Shown here in pieces: positions 44,323 through 52,401 of a DNA stretch of 64,000 bases. Numbering within the stretch: the first letter of the stretch is position 1; each line of letters opens with the position of its first letter. Source of the DNA: a virus. Its lineage: Duplodnaviria; Caudoviricetes. The translations under genes and the position numbers were made by a program. Under the pieces are notes generated by a model. That model was given only the letters and a program-made list of their open reading frames with translations, did not search any database and was not told the origin of the DNA. The stretch is taken from IMG/VR virus record IMGVR_UViG_3300037047_000216, positions 1-64,000 of that record; one strand, given 5' to 3'.

Positions 44323-44390
44323 TGCTCCCGCCCGGAGTTGCACCGGGGTTGTCTGATACCGGAATCGAACCGGCGACCCTGTTAGGGAGC
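44323..44390 (-). ncRNA. RNA with two tandem T arms inside an acceptor-like stem
   Basis: GCTCCC..GCCGG-TTCGATT-CCGGT..CCCGG-TGCAACT-CCGGG..GGGAGC-A. Confidence 0.55.
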
Positions 44391-44446
44391 CCACCAGGAC
44401 TGCAGGAGCGTGCATTTAAAAAGATCGCTCTTTGTGGCGACCCTTG

Positions 44447-44521
44447 CGGTCCCAGCGGGATTTGAACCCGCGATCTCTGCGCTGACAACGCAGCGGGGAC
44501 TCCGGACTCCCCTATGAGACC
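44447..44521 (-). tRNA. tRNA-Asp(GTC), second body
   Basis: loop TT-GTC-AG, G73. Confidence 0.88.
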
Positions 44522-44588
44522 TACGAGAGCCTTCCGGAGGCGCAGTCCCGTTTGGGGGCTTTTGCAACCGTTACGGCTCACAATCTTT

Positions 44589-44616
44589 CTACTCGGAATG
44601 CCCCTTAGATGATCCC
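44589..44616 (-). promoter_or_regulatory. phage promoter motif
   Basis: GGGATCATC-N13-GAGTAG. Confidence 0.75.
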
Positions 44617-45066
44617 ATCCAAAGGATTTTTGTTGCCGCGGATCAGAATCAGGTCGAACATTTCGGTGAGTTCAGGGTTGGGCGTGCGGTCAACTACTAC
44701 GACCTCACCACCCGTCAGTCCGACCCGAGAGACCAGAAACTCTAGCACCTTGAAGGCGTCGAACGTGTGGCACGAATAGATGTCGAAGGACACCCTTTTG
44801 TGCAACGGCCATGTGTGAATGGACGTGTGAGAGGTGCCCAGGATAACAAACCCCGTCACGCCCCCACAATCGTCGTCACAGTCCGCTTTCGATTCGTCCA
44901 GCGGAATTGACAGCACCATAGGTTCCATGAGGGGTTTCATCTCTACGAGCGCAACCACGTCTGAAAGCAGTTTCGAGATGGGTGCCGTCTCCGACAAACT
45001 CGGGAGGAATTCATCGGAGACAAAACCAGTCAAGATGAAGTGAAGACCCCTGGTGCTGTTGTTCAT
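44605..45066 (-). CDS. pyruvoyl-dependent S-adenosylmethionine decarboxylase-family proenzyme
   Basis: GGVTGFVILGTSHTSIHTWP..VSFDIYSC. Confidence 0.85.
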   Translation of the reverse strand: MNNSTRGLHFILTGFVSDEFLPSLSETAPISKLLSDVVALVEMKPLMEPMVLSIPLDESKADCDDDCGGVTGFVILGTSHTSIHTWPLHKRVSFDIYSCHTFDAFKVLEFLVSRVGLTGGEVVVVDRTPNPELTEMFDLILIRGNKNPLDGII

Positions 45067-45158
45067 GGCACACCCCCAATCCCCACGAAACATCAAAATG
45101 TGGGAAATAGGAGGATCAACGTCAGCACCCGTTTTTGTAGTCGGGCAGGAATTGTTAG

Positions 45159-45237
45159 TCAGGGTGGCGGGACTCGAACCCGCGATTGTTACCTCCAGTC
45201 CCCCAGACTGGCGCTCTACCAACTGAGCTACACCCTG
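45159..45237 (-). tRNA. tRNA-Pro(GGG)
   Basis: loop CT-GGG-GG; 11-nt variable region. Confidence 0.85.
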
Positions 45238-46151
45238 AAACTAAAAAGTTCAGATAGTTCGTTTTCCGGGTACAGATTCTCCGGATATATTTCGAGCAAT
45301 TGAAACCCATATTTTTGAGCTTGTGCCCGTTTTTTGACTATCGTGTCAACATAACTTGAGTTCGGGGAGTCTAAAAATCCAAAATACTCCACCCATAATT
45401 TAGTGTCGGGCAAATAGAAATCACAGGTATACCTCCCTTCCGGGTAGTGCCAACTTCTTTCATGCTTAATATGGTGTTCCAAAAGCCATTCATCTATAAG
45501 TTTCTCTGAGACACTTTCCGCTATGTGCCCATCCTTGCAAGGAATACGTTTTCGGGGACACTTCCGATTGATGGGGATCCCCAGTTCACGCATTGCTTTG
45601 TTCCAGGTACCAAAAAATCTGGATGTAGCATATTTCAGTTTCATCGACACCAGTTTGGTACTAGGGGCATTTCCGATATCGGCATACATGTGCAAAAGTG
45701 TGCTGGTCACCTCTTCTTTGGTGTACGGCAATGCACCAAACTCTAAGATCATCCCACATGCATTAGAGCAGGCACGGTGGTTTTCTTTTTTGGGGTAAAA
45801 GGAAGCCCCACAGATCTCACACATTCGCACCGGGCGTTTTCGTAGTGTCTGACGGGTGCGTTCTTTAGTTTCCTCTGTAGGGAGTGGTCGATGTTGGTTA
45901 TTGTAAGAAGCTGCACATGAATGGGAACAGAAAATTCGACCCTTGGGAGACGAATTACGCTTTAGAGTACACCAAACAGGTACCCCACAACCAAGACAAC
46001 TTTTGGACTCCCCCGTCCTTTTCGATGCACCCTGACAGGTTGGGCTACAGTATTGGGCCCAATTGTTTTTCTGTGCCTCCCGAACTCTGTTGGCTGGTCG
46101 TTCAAAAGGTTGCCTACAACAACTACACTCGATAGTGATGCTTTTTGCCAT
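45228..46151 (-). CDS. homing endonuclease-like protein, Zn ribbons plus PD-(D/E)xK-type nuclease
   Basis: multiple CxxC/FCS.SC; SEKLIDEWL...CDFYLP..LWVEYFG; AT-rich; stop inside tRNA-Pro. Confidence 0.8.
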   Translation of the reverse strand: MAKSITIECSCCRQPFERPANRVREAQKNNWAQYCSPTCQGASKRTGESKSCLGCGVPVWCTLKRNSSPKGRIFCSHSCAASYNNQHRPLPTEETKERTRQTLRKRPVRMCEICGASFYPKKENHRACSNACGMILEFGALPYTKEEVTSTLLHMYADIGNAPSTKLVSMKLKYATSRFFGTWNKAMRELGIPINRKCPRKRIPCKDGHIAESVSEKLIDEWLLEHHIKHERSWHYPEGRYTCDFYLPDTKLWVEYFGFLDSPNSSYVDTIVKKRAQAQKYGFQLLEIYPENLYPENELSELFSFRV

Positions 46152-46208
46152 TAAGGTACCTCCAAAAAGAGGCACCTATAGACAAGCTATCGGGGGGATC
46201 AGTTTTGG

Positions 46209-46258
46209 TGTCGGGGAGGTAAGAGTCGAACTCCTGCTCCCGAAACAGGAGTTTTAAC
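46209..46258 (-). pseudogene. 3' fragment of a class II tRNA
   Basis: variable-arm hairpin CTCCTG/CGGGAG plus TTCGACT loop and acceptor strand only. Confidence 0.4.
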
Positions 46259-46288
46259 CCTCTAGCTTTTTCCCGTGCTGTTTAGAGA

Positions 46289-46359
46289 AGGCGGCACCCG
46301 GACTTGAACCGGGGATCACGATTTTGCAGACCGTTGCCTTACCACTTGGCTATGCCGCC
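46289..46359 (-). tRNA. tRNA-Cys(GCA)
   Basis: loop CT-GCA-AA, U73. Confidence 0.93.
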
Positions 46360-46369
46360 AGAAAAAGAG

Positions 46370-46440
46370 CAGGGGCGGAAGGATTTGAACCTCCGATGCG
46401 GGGGCCAGAACCCCGTGCCTTACCACTTGGCGACGCCCCT
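46370..46440 (-). tRNA. tRNA-Gln(CTG)
   Basis: loop TT-CTG-GC. Confidence 0.92.
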
Positions 46441-46446
46441 AAAAAG

Positions 46447-46522
46447 TCGGGGTGACTGGATTTGAACCAGCGAAACCTCCCGGTCCCGAACCGGGCGCTC
46501 TACCAGACTGAGCTACACCCCG
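46447..46522 (-). tRNA. tRNA-Pro(CGG)
   Basis: loop TT-CGG-GA. Confidence 0.93.
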
Positions 46523-46618
46523 AGGTTTGAGGGTAACGGGACGGCTCCCTCAGCCGGTTGACTTCTCGACCCCGTTTGTGAGTCAACAGACCTTGTGACG
46601 ACGCAGTCAACTGCAGAG

Positions 46619-46692
46619 TTGTGGTGGCGGGGATCGAACCCGCGTACTCCAGCTTATGAGGCTGGCGCTTGAACCAACTCAGCTACACCACA
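46619..46692 (-). tRNA. tRNA-Met(CAT), elongator-type
   Basis: loop CT-CAT-AA. Confidence 0.85.
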
Positions 46693-46700
46693 ATACCGAG

Positions 46701-46774
46701 TCCGTCCGGGCAGAATTGAACTGCCGACCTAGCGGTTATCAGCCGCTCGCTCTAGCCACCTGAGCTACGGACGG
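46701..46774 (-). tRNA. tRNA-Ile(GAT), second copy
   Basis: D and anticodon arms identical to 30242 copy; different acceptor. Confidence 0.9.
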
Positions 46775-46781
46775 ATAGGAG

Positions 46782-46855
46782 TATCCCCGGGCGGATTTGA
46801 ACCGCCGACCTTCGGATCCGCAATCCGACGCTCTATCCATCTGAGCTACGGGGAC
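46782..46855 (-). tRNA. tRNA-Arg(GCG)
   Basis: loop TT-GCG-GA. Confidence 0.88.
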
Positions 46856-46860
46856 ACAAG

Positions 46861-46934
46861 TACGCTCGGCCGGGCTCGAACCGGCGACCTTCGGCTTCGG
46901 AGACCGACGCTCTTTCCATCTGAGCTACGAGCGC
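46861..46934 (-). tRNA. tRNA-Arg(CCG)
   Basis: loop CT-CCG-AA. Confidence 0.92.
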
Positions 46935-46967
46935 ATTTTTCTCACCCCTCAAAAACCGGAGGAAAAG

Positions 46968-47041
46968 TGACCCCAGCGGGATTTGAACCCGCGTTCCCGG
47001 ATTGAAAGCCCAGTGTCCTGACCGGACTAGACGATGGGGTC
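46968..47041 (-). tRNA. tRNA-Glu(TTC), second copy
   Basis: loop CT-TTC-AA. Confidence 0.9.
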
Positions 47042-47107
47042 ATTTTCCGGTCTCACAACCGGAAGGGCGCTCCTTCTGTTTTCTACCGTCGCGCCTGACC
47101 GTCATTG

Positions 47108-47180
47108 TCCCTCCGGTAGGTCTCGAACCTACGACCCCCTGATTAAGAGTCAGGTGCTCTTCCAACTGAGCTACGGAGGG
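47108..47180 (-). tRNA. tRNA-Lys(CTT), second copy
   Basis: loop CT-CTT-AA. Confidence 0.92.
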
Positions 47181-47190
47181 ATGACTTTAC

Positions 47191-47416
47191 TGGTGCGGGT
47201 GAGGGGAATCGAACCCCCATATCGGAACGGTGCCTCTCAGGTCTCGCGCTTTCCTACTCGGCCCGTACTGGCTGTTTCGGTGCTTCTGGAGCCCGGCACC
47301 CGTACCCCTTCGGGGGAACGCCACAACGCAGCTTTTTACCCGTTCAGGATACCTCCGACCCTACGTAGGTCTCCGGCTCCGGTTTTCCGGCGCTCATCCA
47401 TTTGAGCTACACCCGC
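47191..47416 (-). ncRNA. 226-nt tRNA-framed RNA with about 150 nt in place of the anticodon loop
   Basis: GCGGGTG/CACCCGC-A-CCA, GCTC/GAGC D arm, T arm, extended stem GGAA..CCGGAGCC/GGCACCGTTCC. Confidence 0.7.
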
Positions 47417-47423
47417 AAACAAG

Positions 47424-47497
47424 CTCCCGGGGCCGGACTTGAACCGGCGACCAAACGGTTAACAGCCGTTCGCTACTACCAACTGAGCTACCCGGGA
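47424..47497 (-). tRNA. tRNA-Asn(GTT)
   Basis: loop CT-GTT-AA, G73. Confidence 0.93.
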
Positions 47498-47550
47498 ATA
47501 GAAGTCTAGAGGACGGCAGGGTTATCAGCCCTGCTCCCATCTATTGATTG

Positions 47551-47626
47551 GGTGGCCGATGAGATTTGAACTCATGTCGCAGGCGTCACAAGCCTTCATC
47601 CTGGGCCAGACTAGACGACGGCCACC
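47551..47626 (-). tRNA. tRNA-His(GTG) with encoded G-1
   Basis: loop TT-GTG-AC; G-1:C73. Confidence 0.9.
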
Positions 47627-47723
47627 ACAAGGGGAAAGCCCCTTCCCCCGAAGGTTCAGGGGCACCCCCTCAAACGGCGGATCCAGGCTGGGTGACCCGT
47701 TCCGCCGTGACGTTCGCTATTCA

Positions 47724-47735
47724 ATTGTCAAAGAA
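47724..47735 (-). promoter_or_regulatory. boxA-like antitermination element in the tRNA-array leader
   Basis: TTCTTTGACAAT about 100 nt upstream of tRNA-His. Confidence 0.55.
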
Positions 47736-48238
47736 TCTCCGGGCTGAACCCGACATCCCTACCCGTGTAGGGAAACTATATCCGAGTCACCATTTGTGAC
47801 AGGTATGGGATGGAATTTTCACCAACAAAAAAAGCCGAACACGTTTTTCGTGCCCGGCTTCTGACCGCTTACGCTCTGGAGAGCTTGATCAGGAGTCCGG
47901 GCGCCCCCTTGGATCGCAGCCGACGTGATTGTCGGCGGGGATCGGGGCGGGCTGCCCCTGCACGCACATCGGCTGACGCGCTTCGACGGCTTTCGCCGTC
48001 TGACGCTTCTGCCGTCTGATCTGTGCCTGCATGGACAACATCACCGAAACTCCATCCTGCTCTGCCGAACTGGCGAGCTTGCCGAAACCTTACTGCACCC
48101 TACGCCTAAGAGTCAAGAACTTTTTTCGCCCCCTTGCTTTTTCTGGAACCCCTTGACGGCATGGGGTTGAAGCGAGATCGAAACCACGCTGCAATCCGAT
48201 ACCATCAAAGGGCGCGAGGAACTGCTCCTCGGTGGTTT

Positions 48239-48266
48239 CTACTCGAAACGTGGGCAAGATGATCCC
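48239..48266 (-). promoter_or_regulatory. phage promoter motif
   Basis: GGGATCATC-N13-GAGTAG. Confidence 0.75.
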
Positions 48267-48283
48267 GGGGCTCGGTCGAATTC

Positions 48284-48526
48284 TCACTCCCCGAAGATGG
48301 GGTTGGGGATGTAGCACGCGGGTCGGAAAAACTGGGCGTCACACGAGCGGCACTTCAGAATGACGGTGTGGTATCCGGAAGCGCCCGACGGCAGCCCCCC
48401 TCTTTCCGATGGCGTACAGCGACGGGCTCCGACCCGCACGATGTCGTGCTTGGCGTGCCAGCGGAACCACAGGAACTTGCGCGGGCGATTCGGACACGGA
48501 CCCTTGGACTCATACGCCATGATCAT
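48284..48526 (-). CDS. small Cys-rich hypothetical protein
   Basis: 4-nt overlap with nadD stop. Confidence 0.5.
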   Translation of the reverse strand: MIMAYESKGPCPNRPRKFLWFRWHAKHDIVRVGARRCTPSERGGLPSGASGYHTVILKCRSCDAQFFRPACYIPNPIFGE

Positions 48527-49083
48527 CGCTCCTGGTAGAGGCCATGGTTCTGGATGTAGTCGAGCACCGGCTGCGGGACGAGCCACTGCGCTTGGTCCGT
48601 CCTACCGCTGCGGATCATCTCCCTGATCTCGGTGCTGGAGATAGGAGGCAGGTGCATGCTAAAGGGACGGTCGGAGTTGGTTCCCTCGCGACCGATGACG
48701 AAAAACTCGACCTTCTGCTGGAGTTGCTCCCAGCGCTCCCACCTTTCCCGGTCCCTCCAGTTGTCTTCCCCGATGATGAACGTGAACTTGTGATGGGGGT
48801 AGTCCCTCGCCAGGGAGTCGATCAGGTCGATCGTGAACCGGGTTTTGTAGACGCTCTCCAGCCGGGCGAGCGTGACTTTCGGGTGGCAGCAGGCGCGAAC
48901 GGCGAGTTCCATCATCTCCGCACGCTGCTCGAAGGGGATCAGGGTTTTGCCGAAGGAATGGTCCCAGCAGGGAAGGCACCAGATCTGGTCGAACCCGCCC
49001 ACCGCCAGAGCGTAGTTCATCGCCATCACGTGGGCGACGTGCGGAGGATTGAACGCACCCCCGAAAAGTCCGACTCGAGCCAT
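48523..49083 (-). CDS. nadD: nicotinate-nucleotide adenylyltransferase
   Basis: GLFGGAFNPPHVAH, TIDLI, FIIGED..W.RW, ISSTEIR. Confidence 0.92.
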   Translation of the reverse strand: MARVGLFGGAFNPPHVAHVMAMNYALAVGGFDQIWCLPCWDHSFGKTLIPFEQRAEMMELAVRACCHPKVTLARLESVYKTRFTIDLIDSLARDYPHHKFTFIIGEDNWRDRERWERWEQLQQKVEFFVIGREGTNSDRPFSMHLPPISSTEIREMIRSGRTDQAQWLVPQPVLDYIQNHGLYQER

Positions 49084-49106
49084 GTCACTGGTCCTCCCTA
49101 AGAGGA

Positions 49107-49134
49107 CTACTCTGCGGGTGCGACAGATGATCCC
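49107..49134 (-). promoter_or_regulatory. phage promoter motif upstream of nadD
   Basis: GGGATCATC-N13-GAGTAG. Confidence 0.75.
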
Positions 49135-49136
49135 CA

Positions 49137-49664
49137 TTAGGGGCCGGAGGGGGACTCCGGCGTTGGGGCATGAGGATGTGCCCGGAGGGCTTCGCGGCGG
49201 TAGCAGGCGTCAATCGGATCCCGAGCGAACCAACCCAGATTTTCCAGGCAGATGCACTGGTCGACTCCGGTCTGGGCCAAACACGCCCCATGGTTCCGGA
49301 TCCTGGTCAGTTCCTCTTGTCGGGCTTTTTCTTTTTTGGCATCCGCCTGGGCTTTCTCGACCTGGGTACGCTGAATGACGGTCTGGTACTCCTGTTGCTG
49401 GTTCTTGTCATAGGTCTGAACCAGAGGCGCGAAAACGAACACCGTCAGGACAGACAGCACCGCTCCCGTCACAACGGTCAAGAACACGTTTCGGATGGTC
49501 GAGTGCCGACTACGCCTTGCACGTTCCTCGGCTTCCAGTACCCTGCCCGTGGCCCACTCCATCTTCTGCTGGTAGTCGACAAGCTGACGGCCAGAGATTG
49601 TCCCCAGGCGCTGGCACAGGGGACAATCATTGATCGCATCCGGTTCAATTTTACGCTGTGCCAT
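49137..49664 (-). CDS. hypothetical single-TM coiled-coil protein
   Basis: TM segment then Q/K/E-rich helix. Confidence 0.6.
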   Translation of the reverse strand: MAQRKIEPDAINDCPLCQRLGTISGRQLVDYQQKMEWATGRVLEAEERARRSRHSTIRNVFLTVVTGAVLSVLTVFVFAPLVQTYDKNQQQEYQTVIQRTQVEKAQADAKKEKARQEELTRIRNHGACLAQTGVDQCICLENLGWFARDPIDACYRREALRAHPHAPTPESPSGP

Positions 49665-49672
49665 GAGATTTC

Positions 49673-50041
49673 CTAAACCGTCCACCGCTCCTCAGGCGGC
49701 CAGCATGTGCAGTTCGAGTTGCGTTCCCGACAAGTCCCGCAGTAGTAACCCCCATTATAAGTGTAGATCGGGCTCTGGGGGTTCTCCCGCCACATCGGAG
49801 TGGGCAGTTTTTTGCCACAGAAGGGACAGAACTTCGGGCTCTCTTTCAGGAACCGAAACGGAGGGACCTCCATCTGAGCACTGCCTGACAGTACCCAGCG
49901 GGGGTTCCCGTCATCACCGCACTGGAGGGAGATCAGTCCAGTCTCTTGGGACGGAGGGCAACACCCCGGAATGATGATCAATCGCCGGTAGGTGGGCTCG
50001 TTCTCAAACACGGGTTCTGTAGTCCACCTGATATCCATCAA
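49673..50041 (-). CDS. hypothetical Cys-rich protein
   Basis: CPFCG, CGTC. Confidence 0.55.
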   Translation of the reverse strand: MMDIRWTTEPVFENEPTYRRLIIIPGCCPPSQETGLISLQCGDDGNPRWVLSGSAQMEVPPFRFLKESPKFCPFCGKKLPTPMWRENPQSPIYTYNGGYYCGTCRERNSNCTCWPPEERWTV

Positions 50042-50913
50042 CCGACCTCGAAATCGATTCCCATGGCCTGAAGTTCTTTGTACCGCTCCCGGTCGAACCT
50101 GTACAGCTTTCCTGCTGGGCCACGATCCGAGGCCATGTTGGTTTCGGTGTCGATGAGCAGTCCGGATTTCAGTACCTGGCGTCGGAAGTTGCGCTTGTCA
50201 ATCGAGTGACCCAGGATCACTTCGTATAGGCGCTGGAGCATCCCGAGGGAGAACTCCTCCGGGAGCAGACCGAGACCGATCGGGTGCCCTCGAACTTTCG
50301 ACCGGAGACGTTCCAGCCCTTTCCGGACGATCTCCGCGTGATCGAAAGCCAGCGCAGGGTGGTTCTTGACGGGGAACCACTCTGCTTTTCGGGCATCATC
50401 CGCGGCCTCGACCTTCATGTTGTCCGGGGACACGAGCGCGAGGTATGCAGTCGAAATCACGTACCCTCTGGGGTCACGGTCCGGACGCCCGAACGTGTAA
50501 AGCTGCTCCAGGTAGGAGAGTTTTACGTGGGTCTCTTCCTCCAGTTCCCGTCGCACGCAGGCGTCGAGATCCTCACCGAGGTTGAGGAAGCCACCCGGGA
50601 GCGCCCAGAATCCGTAGAACGGTTCGTTCTCCCGCCCCCGCATGATCAGCAAGATGACGAGTTCGTCGTTCAGGAGTCCGAACAGCACCGCGTCCGTCGT
50701 GTTGTCCGCTTTTGGAAACTCGTAGACATGACATCTCCGAAGGAAATCCACGAATTGGTCAAGATCCATCCCCGCGGGAACGACAGGCTGCGAGACGTGG
50801 CCGAAAAGAGACCCCTCGGTCACCGGGTGCAACTGTCTCCGGGCCTGTTCCGCCATCTCCCGGAGCATCCGTTCGACGGCCTGCTCCACGGTGCGACGTG
50901 TGGGCTTGCTCAT
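50038..50913 (-). CDS. nrtR: NrtR-family Nudix (ADP-ribose) plus winged-HTH regulator
   Basis: WALPGGF...RRELEEET, YLEQLYTFG.P.RDPRG, LAFDH, LLPEEFSL..LQ.LYE, DKRNFRR, GPAGKLYRF. Confidence 0.9.
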   Translation of the reverse strand: MSKPTRRTVEQAVERMLREMAEQARRQLHPVTEGSLFGHVSQPVVPAGMDLDQFVDFLRRCHVYEFPKADNTTDAVLFGLLNDELVILLIMRGRENEPFYGFWALPGGFLNLGEDLDACVRRELEEETHVKLSYLEQLYTFGRPDRDPRGYVISTAYLALVSPDNMKVEAADDARKAEWFPVKNHPALAFDHAEIVRKGLERLRSKVRGHPIGLGLLPEEFSLGMLQRLYEVILGHSIDKRNFRRQVLKSGLLIDTETNMASDRGPAGKLYRFDRERYKELQAMGIDFEVG

Positions 50914-51755
50914 GTGCGTGCCAGTGCCTCGTCCACGAGTACCTCCTGCGAGTACTCTGGGGTCTTCCTGTCGAAGATGAAACCCTCCCGGTTGGTGACC
51001 TGGGTGAACGCCACCGGGATGCCCATCTCCTGCGTGTCCCATCGCACGACCACCAGATCCGGGTTGGCGCGGGCGTCGTGTTTCGGGGGGAGCGCTTTCA
51101 GTTCCGCCGTGGTGAACGGGCGAGCGACCCGGACACGGCGAACCCAGGTTCCCCGTTTCGCCCAGTCCGCGTAGAGATCCCAGTCGATGTCCAGTTCATG
51201 CCGGAGCATCCGGATGATCTCGGCGGTGTCCTTCCCGTGGAGCCCCTTGTGGCTGAAGTGGGCCTGCCCGGCGGACAGGATGCTGTTCCGCGTCGCGTCC
51301 AGTTCCCTCCAGAGGAAGGTGTTGGCCGCTTCCGTCTGCGACGGAACGGCCCACACCCGGCAGTCGAACATGGGCAGCAGGTTCGCTTTCTCGGGCAGGA
51401 ACGCCGGGAGGAACAGATTGAACACGGCGGTCGCCATGGCCGCCAGTACACTCGTCATCTTCTGGACGCGCCCGTCGAAAAAGATCTGGCTGCCCTCGTT
51501 CTCCTGGTGCCAGACGAGGGAGATCTCATCCGACTGGGTGTAACCCATCCGGGCGTTCGTTTCCTCCACCAGATGGCGGGTTACCCGCACCATGAGGCGA
51601 TGGAAGCGCTCGTCGAAGGGCTTCTCCAGCCCCCGGCAGAACGTGTGGAAAGCGCGCCCATCCAGCCGCGCCATTACGATGGAGTTGGGCGGGAACCGTC
51701 GTCCGGCTTCCTCGCTCTCGTACCCTTTCATCCGGTCGCCCAGCTTGTCGTCCAT
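50910..51755 (-). CDS. thg1: tRNA(His) guanylyltransferase / Thg1-like 3'-5' polymerase
   Basis: RMKGYE, RLDGRAFH, GYTQSDEISL, FDGRVQK, FDCR. Confidence 0.93.
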   Translation of the reverse strand: MDDKLGDRMKGYESEEAGRRFPPNSIVMARLDGRAFHTFCRGLEKPFDERFHRLMVRVTRHLVEETNARMGYTQSDEISLVWHQENEGSQIFFDGRVQKMTSVLAAMATAVFNLFLPAFLPEKANLLPMFDCRVWAVPSQTEAANTFLWRELDATRNSILSAGQAHFSHKGLHGKDTAEIIRMLRHELDIDWDLYADWAKRGTWVRRVRVARPFTTAELKALPPKHDARANPDLVVVRWDTQEMGIPVAFTQVTNREGFIFDRKTPEYSQEVLVDEALART

Positions 51756-51804
51756 GTGCCTCAGTCCTTGAGCATCGGACAAATCAATCCAGCCCCTACA
51801 CAGG

Positions 51805-51832
51805 CTACTCAGGCATCGGCCTGGATGATCCC
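51805..51832 (-). promoter_or_regulatory. phage promoter motif upstream of thg1-nrtR
   Basis: GGGATCATC-N13-GAGTAG. Confidence 0.75.
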
Positions 51833-52020
51833 GGAGTTGAGCCCCTTAGGGCTCCGGAATAGCCCTTAGTCGATCCACCGGATCAGGTGCCAACTGGATT
51901 TCAGGAGGGGGGCAGGTTACCTGAACTGGCGGCGGGGACCCGCAGTGACACGTAAACCCGCAACCCGTCAGTCCCAGCGCCAGTAAGGCAAGGAGAGCAT
52001 TCAGGTACTTCAGCATGGGT

Positions 52021-52401
52021 CTAACTCTTTACCGGAACCTTGTGCAGATTCCCGTCGGGGCCTCGTTCCACAGTCACGTAAACGATCTCGGTCGCGGTCA
52101 CGGCACAGGGGGCCTCCTGTCCGTCTCTGCTGGCCTCGATGTCTACCTGAACCGTGATGGATGTGTCTCCGATCTTTACGAGGCTCGTGTAGAACGTGAC
52201 CACGTCCCCGATCTGAACGGGACGGGTGAACTCGATCCCGTTCATGAACCGGGTCACGACATCGTGCTTGGTATGACGCCGAGCTTCGACGGCGCCTGCG
52301 AGATCCATCTCCGCCAGAAGGGTTCCACCGAAAACCATCCCATGATGATTCGTGTCCCTGGGAAGCAGAATCCGGCGGATCGCAATGTGACGCTCGCTCA
52401 T
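52021..52401 (-). CDS. hotdog-fold acyl-CoA thioesterase (YciA-like)
   Basis: PRDTNHHGMVFGGTLLAEMDLAG, FTRPVQIGD. Confidence 0.88.
   Translation of the reverse strand: MSERHIAIRRILLPRDTNHHGMVFGGTLLAEMDLAGAVEARRHTKHDVVTRFMNGIEFTRPVQIGDVVTFYTSLVKIGDTSITVQVDIEASRDGQEAPCAVTATEIVYVTVERGPDGNLHKVPVKS

Noticed and set aside
46529-46587. theta/HDV-like ribozyme after a tRNA
   Set aside because: P3/L3 and the J4/2 catalytic C context are missing
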